NCBI GenBank assembly: GCA_048882505.1
Contig: JBHLRO010000035.1
Location: 1-28,570 of the forward strand
From: Candidatus Thorarchaeota archaeon
Lineage (GTDB): Archaea; Asgardarchaeota; Heimdallarchaeia; Hodarchaeales; Hodarchaeaceae
Reading direction: 5' to 3'
Length of the DNA stretch: 28,570 bases
In this document: one piece after another, positions 21,601-27,260 of the stretch
How the letters are laid out: each line of letters starts with the position of its first letter
Position numbering within the stretch: position 1 is the stretch's first letter
Made by a program: the position numbers and the translations under genes
Notes under the pieces: generated by a model
What the model saw: the letters and a program-made list of their open reading frames with translations, nothing else
Databases searched by the model: none
What the model was told of the DNA's origin: nothing

Positions 21601-22596
21601 GTGGAGGAATATGGTTCTGGCGTAGCCGGTGTAATACTCCTTTATTATTTAAATCCCAGTACTGAAAACAGTGGAGGTGCAGGTGCCTCTTATCTTCAAA
21701 CAGAAGACTGGATTGAAATTCAAATGGAATTTCATGGTATTAATTCCTCAACCAACTACCTTGAATATTCTGTAACAGTACCATTCGACCCTAATGGTAC
21801 AAATTGGCAAGTTATATATCGAATTCAAACCTTTGATAATGCAGGTAACTCGAACCCATTAGCTTATGATATAAGGAACTATCCTGATAGGATAAGAGAA
21901 CAAACAATTTACTACACTCCTCCTAGTATAGATCCTGGCTTAGTCATTATTATTGTAGCTATAACACTATTCATCGCATTTACGGGCTCGATAGTTTATG
22001 TAAAATTCATCCGAAAGCCTGAATTAGTGGGTTTAGATAAAGAACTAGTATTGGAAAGGATCAGCGATATTTCAAAGACCGAAGTAATGACCTCACTGGA
22101 TGCCCATACAGTCGGGCTTGTTGTATCATTCTTTGATCAAAGACACGGGCCCATACCAATCATTGTTATCCCGGAAATCTTGAAGGACAATTTTTCAAAA
22201 CTGGTTGATCTTTCTGATCGTTCTTTCAGTGGAACCGGCTTTGTTGATGAATTTGATGAAGAGGTTTCATCAAGCTATGATTTTATGCTTTCTAGAGGTT
22301 TACGTACAAAAGTGATGTCATTTGGATATTCCTTGGAAAGACCAGAGGCACGAGGGGGCCAAGAAAATCTTACAGCCAACATATTGATACACAGGGAATT
22401 ATTCCCATTAGTAAACCAATTCTTGGATGAGATTCAGGAAAAGGTTCGTGAGATACACGTCCTAATGAATGAAAAAGCGGACGAAAAGGAGAGAATCCGA
22501 AAGAAACTATTTGCCCTTCGATTATTTGTAACAAGGATCATTCTTTCTTATGAACAAATTTACGGCACTACTGAATTACTTAGTGAGGATAATTAG
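9610..22596 (+). CDS. Giant single-pass surface glycoprotein (4328 aa): 4x DUF2341+LamG, Ig/cadherin-like repeat stalk, TM helix, cytoplasmic uDENN/longin-like domain
   Basis: Uninterrupted 12,987-bp ORF with a hydrophobic N-terminus (NLFVLGLLLINLLVISFP), very many N-x-S/T sequons, repeated domain motifs and one C-terminal TM segment followed by basic RK. Confidence 0.95.
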   Translation: MHQHNIGKNLFVLGLLLINLLVISFPLEEEGILESDHPSTEILRASRFHNQPQGLFQNIPRLTKDDRAIYENTNDNPPGIKLRISDYYTPGWADTRFNFRKNITIDSTKVSSDLTNFPIYIDLYDSNLPQNAQASGNDILFTNSSGHLLDHEIETFDRVYNSTHAHLTAWIKTNISSSQDTVLSMYYGYPGAIDQSNPQGVWDDNYEFVLHMNQDPSSSDILDSTSNGFDFDVEVSSSMTSDDLVVGQTGTALALDGSDDFIYLPLAEGFAGPTDKFTFEFWIMFPNGGPGLRDTLAMPATSFGAPHLYFFQQSEFKVATSGSTYIQTSQDFQTIVGTWQHIVAIWDGTGGGIHQLYLNGSLDANDPTPLTGTHVAWNTLSIGTEDLPGDGPGGSYDNARNLNATISEFRLSNVVRSVDWITTEYENQNSPKSFYSISSEEKYSDIPEWHLPGFKYRKGITIDAAEVSGGGILTNFPVLIDLYDSDLHHPDKVQADGDDIVFSDASGNLLDHEIELFDQNYDSTNAHLIAWIEIPSLSGTVDTEIFMYFGNKGIGIQENPTGVWDSNYVSVWHLNQDPSGTSPQIIDSTTPGSHGTSNGSMTSNDLITGKIGYGLNLDGADDFIDFGNPSEVQITGAITVESWFRALEDQNEYLISKNGPGPDKRSWDLSFDPFNGTHGKLVFRYDTDGVLPHYGEVDNVYYEIGQWHHVVGVFSPSTYLRMYLNGQLVYDNSTAAPSQYDAGNPLRIGARGDDPPGSFYNGSIDEARISNIARSSDWVITGYNNQFDPNGFSSIGSIEIRGNWTLPYLRFKKSIAIQSSEVYGTGNLYNFPVLIDLYDSDLHATEKVQTDGDDIAFTDANGARLDHEIELFDQSFNLSHAHLMAWVKIPILSGTTDTPIYMWYGNSAVKSLANPTGVWQDYGAVWHLNDDFLDSTANNNDGTNYQSTDVGGKIVDGQDFDGINDYINVGSDSSIDNIFNGGATISAWIYPEGWGGGYYGRILDKAAQTAGTNGWVMCIDGTGNPYNHLLFYRDFSTSRGLWYTPTDSISLNQWQYVVVAFDDSSDANVPKVYINGILQPLTPEPLPSGSATTDAVQSLYIGNFMGGGRTFDGTIDEPRIAYNYLSGDWIQTEFNNQLNPSNFYTIGMEEERLWADTSFRYSKDISINQSNVSSDFTDFPVLIDIIDSDLKSGKIKSDASDILFIDSIGTKLDHEIESFTQSGSDGHLTAWVRVPYLYNAEDTVITMYYGNSKISNQENPDNVWDSNFRGVWHLSEDPSVSQIFDSTSYNNHGTATNLASDDQESGQIDGSIDFDNVQDQINYGDQSSLNMGSGDFSLSLWFNYDGVDKGPLAGKGSYGSNGIRYYIAMDTTQGLIKGEIDDNGASGKKVITSTVTYGDNLWHHAVLVRDGNYLRFYIDGVEIPGSPIDITGYGSLDLALPFYMNTLASDTGGTLSDWTSAKLDEVQVSNSVRSTDWINAQYTNQHTPTSFYSVGTEFYLDKTPPVINDYGTEDPGTGSGRFWADVSDVTSSVSSVKIKINTTEYDMSFNGSYWIYIQSVNYGDTYEYQISNASDVRDNYITSPSNLKVSTFTADTIDPYVDDWEYFPDEGQYGTFKANVSDSWGIIDTVIVNVTVGTILQGDPWALMVLNGTGYMNNTIAMNSGTIKFVIKVNDTAGNNYTSGEHQGYVPIINHYPVASDITLSRSQNEVSLPIYSNSTLFLNYTFYDADGDDEGGTEIRWYLNGALQSAYNNLKEVPPTALNKDDFWNVTVKPKDGKDFGVLNSSSTITIQNTPPKVTSASIIPALPYTTSDLSINYVYYDNDGDTENTLIREIYWFKDSVLQVLLNGSTTILAGNTTKGESWYYKIIVNDGFNSSGTYTSSSVIIANSAPTAAVLTISPSNPTTSSDLTAGWTFNDADGDSEIAYFIEWYQGVTHQPIYDGLTTLPAAATTKTQVWYFKLIVNDGTDNSSIYTSPSVNILNTAPTASGITITSNPLTSDNLQASWTFNDVDGDSESTSWIIRWYKDNVLQAGYNDLQTVSSSATSKGEAWNYTVKVYDGTNYSLQYNSSITTILNSPPTASGLTITNNPTTSDNLSASWTFNDVDGDTEDSNWIIYWYKDNVLQGGYTNLTTVSSSATSKGEAWNYTLQVYDGTDYSIQYDSSTTVIINTPPIASGLLISPAYPATNDDLSTSWTFNDADGDSEMAYFIEWIRGITHQPIYDGLTTLPAAATTKNQVWYFKLIVNDGTDNSSIYTSPSVDIVNTAPTASGITITSNPLTSDNLQASWTFNDVDGDSESTSWIIRWYKDNVLQAGYNDLQTVSSSATSKGEAWNYTVKVYDGTNYSLQYNSSITTILNSPPTASGLTITNNPTTSDNLSASWTFNDVDGDTEDSNWIIYWYKDNVLQGGYTNLTTVSSSATSKGEAWNYTLQVYDGTDYSIQYNSFLTTIANSAPIISGQPSFNKTSGVVSSDTLSITYTFSDADSDSEITGNRIVFWYKNGNYDAAKDNDIILLSSETLAGQWWYYIIRVYDGMDYSQNYTSEPVSIEGGGQTNDPPIAGNLTLTLSPTTLDNLIANYDYYDNDSNEEAGTQIRWYKDGILQPHLNDTKTIQSSETAKGEVWNFTVRPKDGLEFGNIVFSGSVIILNTPPTGSGLAITSIPRTSDDLVAGWTFNDVDGDTEDGNWIIYWYKDNVLQGGYTNLTTVSSSATSKGEVWNYTIQVYDGEDYSIQYNSSSTTVLNTIPTASNLGLTFNPSTIDDLVVSYAYNDLDNDPESSSWEILWYKDNNLQPGLNGTKTVDAGNTSKNEFWHFTLRVHDGEEISVLYTSPSRKILNTAPTLTSVSINSNPTTTTNLVASWTFSDIDNDDESTTRIIKWYMNNVSQPSWDNLTLVPASATSKGESWNYTIRVYDGEDYSVEYVSNLVIILNTKPISSSLTLTISIPKTSDNLMADWIYTDIDGDTENSGWIIRWYKNDVLQPALNDSKIVTAGNTTKDEVWYYTLQVFDGEDYSDINTLNPTITIANTRPSASSLTITASPRTTDDLVADYIYSDIDGDIETIGWIIKWYRDGGHYPLYDDLKIVPSTATSKNEIWYFTLQVHDGTNYSSEYASPQTQILNSAPYASGVSFSPSIPTALNNLSVTYSWNDDDLADSEGGTLIRWYRNDILQQTYNDLRTVDSALLIKNERWNVSIRVSDGTDFGAWVNISVLIANSAPTIVTDSAQIYNPSTGLYTTNTLVANWVENDADGDNITFVKIIWENRTSGSGSFTPISLLENLTAVPSQYTAKDQDWRFKIQVYDGQDWSLEAASFLSSIGNSEPIVENISLTGGLTTTDNIILNYDYYDADNDPEGSTDIDWTVFHLGSPSFISGTFILDHSSFTAGDVVWCVITPNDGTIDGTPVDSSKLAGSNVLVQVGNTAPFINTSLGTPEILSDHPNGTSIFNAITSIYVNYSDFIVDIDSGESDPVFDVDFEPNYDVQYVPGVTKNIGAQYRWYKFNKGSGIWELQSGLTTAYVDTFYLHRGEEWKCSVRPRDLYGDEGTWVNSTTITIGNSYPIITGGIQWLIQNPRTQDNLILWSGFTFDYYDFDNDPIDISQTLILWFKNGQLLYGTQNNTVLTSQYFGKGDQIYVVIRPSDGMNWALRNYTSSTITIANTIPTITDVSLYPTRISNQEILYLDWTYFDIDNDVEGTSWRIWWFRNGVYQSNYDNSTSIPLKQVNNGEIWKAEFQVFDGIDYSTIYYSAEIETKILQINYIFDPVSSQVDPNVRESEFLVDDENLSISYLFSTQDDALGLIIRWFSTLDNVTWIERTEFEGDTSIDHYFTSPGEQWKCMISPLEQSTGFVWATTNSSTIMIESRPEFYTLSEEIMIPLNDTEGHYRLQINTSDLLHDIEIVIFTLDNGAIELYATEMSNDIWSVDYQIPIERFEDLMNSEFLGYVRAVTSVDYAGNDFSIYASKQFNITIIDNAPPRVPNVQMIPNDETNPTNITFIAEVEEYGSGVAGVILLYYLNPSTENSGGAGASYLQTEDWIEIQMEFHGINSSTNYLEYSVTVPFDPNGTNWQVIYRIQTFDNAGNSNPLAYDIRNYPDRIREQTIYYTPPSIDPGLVIIIVAITLFIAFTGSIVYVKFIRKPELVGLDKELVLERISDISKTEVMTSLDAHTVGLVVSFFDQRHGPIPIIVIPEILKDNFSKLVDLSDRSFSGTGFVDEFDEEVSSSYDFMLSRGLRTKVMSFGYSLERPEARGGQENLTANILIHRELFPLVNQFLDEIQEKVREIHVLMNEKADEKERIRKKLFALRLFVTRIILSYEQIYGTTELLSEDN
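9883..14105 (+). other. Four tandem DUF2341 + LamG/concanavalin-A-like modules (starting near 9883, 10951, 12016, 13066)
   Basis: Each module has W....F.YRK.ITI....V...L.NFPV.IDL.DS.L....Q.DGDDI.F....G..LDHEIE.F......HL.AW...P.......MY.GN......NP..VW, then W.L....DS...N.G, G..G....DG.DD.I, W.HVV.V, Y.NG, G.IDE.RIS...RS.DWI...Y.NQ..P..F. Confidence 0.85.
15352..16094 (+). repeat. Copy 1 of a near-identical intragenic DNA duplication (period 846 bp = 3 repeat units)
   Basis: Aligns to 16198-16940 at offset 846; 15559-16073 is identical to 16405-16919 by eye. Confidence 0.92.
16198..16940 (+). repeat. Copy 2 of the intragenic duplication
   Basis: As above. The duplicated shadow ORFs in the track (15477/16323 and 15677/16523) show the same 846 offset. 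Confidence 0.92.
17629..17775 (+). repeat. Third partial copy (~147 bp) of repeat unit 5/8
   Basis: Matches 15913-16059 and 16759-16905 with 6 mismatches counted by eye. Confidence 0.85.
21937..22011 (+). other. C-terminal transmembrane helix of the giant protein
   Basis: GLVIIIVAITLFIAFTGSIVYVKFI followed by RK (positive-inside), placing residues ~4135-4328 in the cytoplasm. Confidence 0.9.
22105..22593 (+). other. Cytoplasmic uDENN/longin-like domain (folliculin/SMCR8-like)
   Basis: VGLVVSFFDQRHGPIPIIV resembles the FLCN N-terminus IVALCHFCELHGP. SFGYSLERPEARGGQENLTA resembles FLCN [20 protein letters not shown] and SMCR8 LYDLEARGFVRP. Reference motifs are recalled, not searched. Confidence 0.75.
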
Positions 22597-22750
22597 TCTT
22601 TTGTCCTCGCGGGGCCTCTCAGCGGGCTTGGCTAGCGGAATAGATCCCAGTTTTTCTTGGAAGAAACACCGAAAAAAGATGAAAGATGTCTATTAAGAAA
22701 GGAATGGTTCAAAATAGGAGGGGGCGGATTGAAGCTGATAGCATTAGAAT

Positions 22751-22845
22751 GACCCTGGGCCCTAGCCTATTGGAGGATTTGAGTCTCGTTTACGGACAAC
22801 GAGGCTTTGCAAGCGGATAACTAGGGTTCAAATCCTAAATCCTTA
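22751..22845 (+). ncRNA. Structured, tRNA-like element (not a canonical tRNA)
   Basis: TAGCCTATTGG (A-box/D-loop-like), TTTGCAA (Ala-TGC anticodon-loop-like) and GGTTCAAATCC (T-loop) occur in order. There is a 10-bp hairpin 22781-22790/22798-22807, but the acceptor and anticodon stems do not pair. Confidence 0.3.
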
Positions 22846-22963
22846 GGAACTTAGAATTCTTGGAAAAAAGATAAAAATAGGGAAGGATATACAATGCGTT
22901 AATCCCTTAAATTTTGAAATAATGCAATTAAATCGCATTAAACATAAAGAATGGTGAAATTTC

Positions 22964-24403
22964 ATGAGTAATGAGAATGTCAAGGCAAAAAAACATTCTA
23001 ATATTACATACTTGTCTGCAGGCATCTTGATGCTTGGTTTTAACACGACAATCTACGCAGTTACTCAAAACTATCCCATTTACTACCAGAATTTGGGATT
23101 ATCAATTGAAATGCTGTTTCTTGCAGCGCTTGTCTATACGCTTTGGGACATGTTCAACGATCCCATTATAGGTCATCTATCTGATGGAACTTACGGGTTC
23201 ACCCGCCGATGGGGCAAGCGTTTCCCGTGGATGTTAATTGGTACCGTAGCACTTTTGTTGGCTACTGTTCTATTATTTTCTGCCCCAACTGTTGATGCCA
23301 GCGGAGAAATTATGACTTTTCTTTGGTTTTTAGTCTTTCTCTCTGCCTATGATGGATTTATGTCAGCAGTGCTTGTAAATTATAATGCACTTATCCCTGT
23401 AAAATTCAAATCAAAATCTGAGCGTATCAGCGTGTCTGCGGCATATCAGTTCTTTCTGATCCTTGGTCCAGTTGTTGGATTGATTGTGGTTCCAACAATC
23501 CTAGAGACAGGATCTTATCTGATAATGAGCATCTTTCTAGCAGGTTTCATGCTGGTTTCATACTTGTTATCGTTACCAGGCCTAAAAGAGGATGAAGAAC
23601 TAAGAGAATCCTATTTCCACGAAAAAACAGAACGGGGATCCTTTTATTCGGAATTTACGAGTAATCTGAGACAGTCGTTTTCTCAACGATCCTTTATTGT
23701 TTTCGCGGTGGTCACCCTATGTATTACCGTGACTTCTTCCATAATTGCGGCCACTGTGCCCTATTACATCGAATATATTCTTCAGATCAGTCAAAGATTG
23801 CAACCACAAGAATATGCTCAGACCTTACGAACGATAAACCTACCTTTTGCGATTACTTCACTACTTCTAATCCCCTTGTACTTTTGGGGTACAAAGAAAA
23901 TCGGTCATATGAAAGCTTTCAAATATGGATTGTTACTTGCACCACTTCCATTGTTACTCATCTTTGTGAGCTTAATGGCTGGTGCTACCGCAAGTATGCC
24001 TCTAGTGATGATAGGTGCAGGAATTTACGGAATTTGTGGTGGATTCATCGTTGTTGCTCGAATTCCAGTATCCGCAGATTTTTTTGACGAGTCGGCTGCT
24101 AAGTATGGCAAACGACAAGAAGGAATTTACTTGGGGATTTGGAATTTCTTTAGCAGACTAGTTACAGCGATACAATTTGGCATTTTTGCCCTTATCCAGA
24201 ATCTCACCTCGTTTATACCCCCAACAGAAGCGAATCCCGCTCCTGCTCAAGGAGTACCCGCACAATGGGGGATTATGGCCCAGTTTGGGTTGGTTCCTGC
24301 AATTGCCCTTTTGATCGCTGGAATATTATTCTGGAGATTTTGGTATCTTACACCTCAAAAGACAGAAAAAATTCAATCCGAATTAGAAAAACTCGGGATT
24401 TAG
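22964..24403 (+). CDS. MFS transporter, glycoside-pentoside-hexuronide (GPH/MelB-like) family
   Basis: WDMFNDPIIGHLSD..YGFTRRWGKRFPW, NYNALIP, ADFFDE...YGKRQEGIYLG and about 12 hydrophobic segments. Confidence 0.92.
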   Translation: MSNENVKAKKHSNITYLSAGILMLGFNTTIYAVTQNYPIYYQNLGLSIEMLFLAALVYTLWDMFNDPIIGHLSDGTYGFTRRWGKRFPWMLIGTVALLLATVLLFSAPTVDASGEIMTFLWFLVFLSAYDGFMSAVLVNYNALIPVKFKSKSERISVSAAYQFFLILGPVVGLIVVPTILETGSYLIMSIFLAGFMLVSYLLSLPGLKEDEELRESYFHEKTERGSFYSEFTSNLRQSFSQRSFIVFAVVTLCITVTSSIIAATVPYYIEYILQISQRLQPQEYAQTLRTINLPFAITSLLLIPLYFWGTKKIGHMKAFKYGLLLAPLPLLLIFVSLMAGATASMPLVMIGAGIYGICGGFIVVARIPVSADFFDESAAKYGKRQEGIYLGIWNFFSRLVTAIQFGIFALIQNLTSFIPPTEANPAPAQGVPAQWGIMAQFGLVPAIALLIAGILFWRFWYLTPQKTEKIQSELEKLGI

Positions 24404-24442
24404 AGTGTGGTTCTCCACATATTGAACTTCTCTTTTTCTTAA

Positions 24443-26701
24443 ATGCGAAGATGTTCTAAATCCTTCCCTTTATTCAAATCACAGAGGATTTACTCAATGA
24501 TAGATTGGTTCATCTTAATATTTTATACCCTAGATAGTCTAGGTATCCTTATACTGGAGAATATAATATTAAATCTGATATTATTAATACTAATCCGAGG
24601 ACTTTATCTCTTCATCCAATATAATTATAGAAAATCTTTGAAGGATGGAGTAACGGGCGTAAAAGTATCGAATCTGTATTCGAGGCGTGAAGAAGTTATT
24701 TTCGGATTGAAGCAGGTTGTCATAGTTTTACTACCAAGCTTCTTTACCCCAGTCACTACTTCCGTGATTTTCTATTCGATTCTCATGATCGGAGGGAATC
24801 TTAGGAGGATCGATCAGGAAGAACATGTTTCGCAATATCGCGTAATTGGTACAGGAATAACCATTCTCGCGCCATTAATTGGATTTTATTTGTATGGTGG
24901 AGACCCTTTATCACTTATCGGGATAGGAATTAGCCTTATTCTATATCACCAATATGGGTTTTCACAAGTGGATTCCCCATTTATTCAAGGAATCGAAAAA
25001 GGCAAAGGATGGGTTAACCGGTTACCACGAACCGTGATAATGATAGGATTGGTATTACTAATTATCCTTCCTACCCTAATTCTCGCTGGCGTCGCTTTAT
25101 ACACTCCCCCTAGGAAAATAACCGTTAGAGTTGAAATGCGTGACGGAATTACCCTTGCAACCGATATTTATCTCGCACCCGGGTCTTTGGGAATGCAGCG
25201 TCCCGTAATTCTTATTCGCACTCCATATGATAAAAACAATCTTGGACCATACGGTTTCCTATATCTTACCCAAGGATACCATATGGTTGTTCAGGATATC
25301 CGTGGGACGTATGATTCAGAAGATCATGAGACCTTTTTGATGTTTCAGAAAGCCTATCAGGACGGAGTGGATACAATTGCCTGGGTCCTTAATCAAACCT
25401 GGTCAAATGGAAAAATTGCCTCAGTGGGCGCTTCTGCTCTCTGTAACAATCAATATTATTATGCAGGTATGAATCCAGAGGGATTGGTTGCCCAATCATT
25501 AATGATTGGTACTCCCGACCTCTATAAGACCTCTATCTGGCAGGGAGGAGCTTTCAGAGAGTATCTCGCAAAAGGTTGGCTGGAATCGAGCTCAGATAAT
25601 GCGGAATTTCAGCTTCAACAATTAATCACGCATCCGAAAAAAGATTCCTATTACAATACAACCTCCCTATTCATGGATTTGGGTCCCTCCTTTTCCCAAG
25701 TAAATGTATCTGCGATTCACATTGGAGGTTGGTATGACCTATTTCAGCAAGGAACACTAGATGGGTATATGGGATACGATGATTTAGGTTTACCTGGAGC
25801 AAGGGGAAAGCAACTTCTAATCATGGGGCCATTCACTCATGGCATGCCTGGTGAAGGACAACACGGCGAAGTGGTATTTCCGACCAAATCAAAGTCTGGA
25901 TGGGATCTATATCTTGAATGGGAACAAGCTCTGTTAGATCATGTTCTATTGGGTAAGTATTTCGATTGGTCTGGGAATCGCGTTGCATATTATATGATGG
26001 GAGACCCTCAGGATTCCTCACCGAATTTAAATGATTACCGATATGCTGCGGATTGGCCTATTCCTTATTCAAATGAATCTTGGTACTTGCAAGATGATGG
26101 CCTTCTCCTGTTGGGTTCCCCGGCGGCAGTCAATCATAACTATTCGTATGTGTACGATCCCCGCGATCCTATTCCGACAATTGGAGGTACGAATCTCCTC
26201 ATGAATGCTGGACCTTACGATCAGCAATCAATCGAAAGCAGAGGTGATGTTCTTCTCTTTGAGACACAAACCCTAACCGAGGAAATCGAAGTGGTTGGTC
26301 GCATGTGGGCACGTTTGTGGGTGATGTCGAATGCGACTGCTACTGATTTCACTGTAAAAATTACTGATGTTTACCCGAATGGTTCCTCGATGCTGATTAG
26401 TGACGGCATTATCAACACATTAAGACGTGACGGGATGGACAAAGATGCTGCTCCCCTTCAAGAGGGAGATCCAGTAGAAGTGTGGATTGATTTATGGAGT
26501 ACCGCCTATCAGTTTGACCTAGGTCATAAAATTCGGATAGCAATTTCTAGTTCAAACTATCCTCGTTTTGCAATTAATCCGAATACTGGAGAACCCACTA
26601 AACTCTTTGATTACCAATATTCATCTCGTGTCATAGCCAACAATACGATTGTTGTGGGGCCCAATTTTCCTAGCCAAATAATCCTCCCTATTCCAATTTA
26701 A
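24443..26701 (+). CDS. CocE/NonD family hydrolase (peptidase S15-like) with N-terminal multi-TM domain
   Basis: VEMRDGITLATDIY, PVILIRTPY, QDIRGTYDSE, WSNGKIASVGASAL (Ser), GGWYDLF (Asp), MGPFTHG (His), and a C-terminal PepX_C-like GHKIRIAISSSNYPRF. The start is more likely ATG 24497. Confidence 0.9.
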   Translation: MRRCSKSFPLFKSQRIYSMIDWFILIFYTLDSLGILILENIILNLILLILIRGLYLFIQYNYRKSLKDGVTGVKVSNLYSRREEVIFGLKQVVIVLLPSFFTPVTTSVIFYSILMIGGNLRRIDQEEHVSQYRVIGTGITILAPLIGFYLYGGDPLSLIGIGISLILYHQYGFSQVDSPFIQGIEKGKGWVNRLPRTVIMIGLVLLIILPTLILAGVALYTPPRKITVRVEMRDGITLATDIYLAPGSLGMQRPVILIRTPYDKNNLGPYGFLYLTQGYHMVVQDIRGTYDSEDHETFLMFQKAYQDGVDTIAWVLNQTWSNGKIASVGASALCNNQYYYAGMNPEGLVAQSLMIGTPDLYKTSIWQGGAFREYLAKGWLESSSDNAEFQLQQLITHPKKDSYYNTTSLFMDLGPSFSQVNVSAIHIGGWYDLFQQGTLDGYMGYDDLGLPGARGKQLLIMGPFTHGMPGEGQHGEVVFPTKSKSGWDLYLEWEQALLDHVLLGKYFDWSGNRVAYYMMGDPQDSSPNLNDYRYAADWPIPYSNESWYLQDDGLLLLGSPAAVNHNYSYVYDPRDPIPTIGGTNLLMNAGPYDQQSIESRGDVLLFETQTLTEEIEVVGRMWARLWVMSNATATDFTVKITDVYPNGSSMLISDGIINTLRRDGMDKDAAPLQEGDPVEVWIDLWSTAYQFDLGHKIRIAISSSNYPRFAINPNTGEPTKLFDYQYSSRVIANNTIVVGPNFPSQIILPIPI

Positions 26702-26789
26702 CTAGAGATAATTCCAAAGAAACCAAAGAAGGTTCCCCTTTCGCAGTAGCTACTAATACAAAACCTACGATGCGGAAGTATTGGATTCT

Positions 26790-27155
26790 TCACGATTGAA
26801 GAACCTCTTCAACGATTTCTTCAAGAAATTTTGCCATTTCGGAATTTATACTGACCTTATCGACTCCAATGTTCCGAGCTAACTCGAGTAGAGTTTTTTG
26901 AGTATGCCCTGCAAAAGCGATTATTTTTCCAGAAAATATTGATCTCAGCTTACGCAAGGTTTCAATTCCTCCCAAATCCGGGTTATTTAGGTCAAACACA
27001 ATTATCTGATAAGTATGGCATCTATCATATAGTTCTACTGGGTTGGAGACATCTGAAACCTCATACCCAGCTTCGTTCAATCGAGAACCAAATCTGCTAT
27101 AGAAAAAAAGACCTGTTCCCAGGAGGATGTTTGGTTTTGAGAGTGATTCTGGCAT
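26790..27155 (-). CDS. Single-domain CheY-like receiver protein, atypical
   Basis: IIVFDLNNPDLGGIETLRKLR...IIAF..H....ARNIGVDKV is the receiver-fold pattern, with Asp55 at the phospho-acceptor position. Confidence 0.7.
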   Translation of the reverse strand: MPESLSKPNILLGTGLFFYSRFGSRLNEAGYEVSDVSNPVELYDRCHTYQIIVFDLNNPDLGGIETLRKLRSIFSGKIIAFAGHTQKTLLELARNIGVDKVSINSEMAKFLEEIVEEVLQS

Positions 27156-27260
27156 TCTCTGCAGCAGTCCGTCAAGCGTCCTACCTAAAGGTCTCGTATA
27201 ATAGGATTATCGGGAAAACACCCTTATCAGAATGAAAAACTTTTTCATTATGGATTCGTA

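Noticed and set aside
22756-22846. Canonical tRNA-Ala(TGC), with or without an intron
   Set aside because: With T54 at 22827 the acceptor stem has three mismatches and two GU pairs, the T-stem has a mismatch, and the 5' strand of the anticodon stem is missing. Kept only as a tRNA-like finding.
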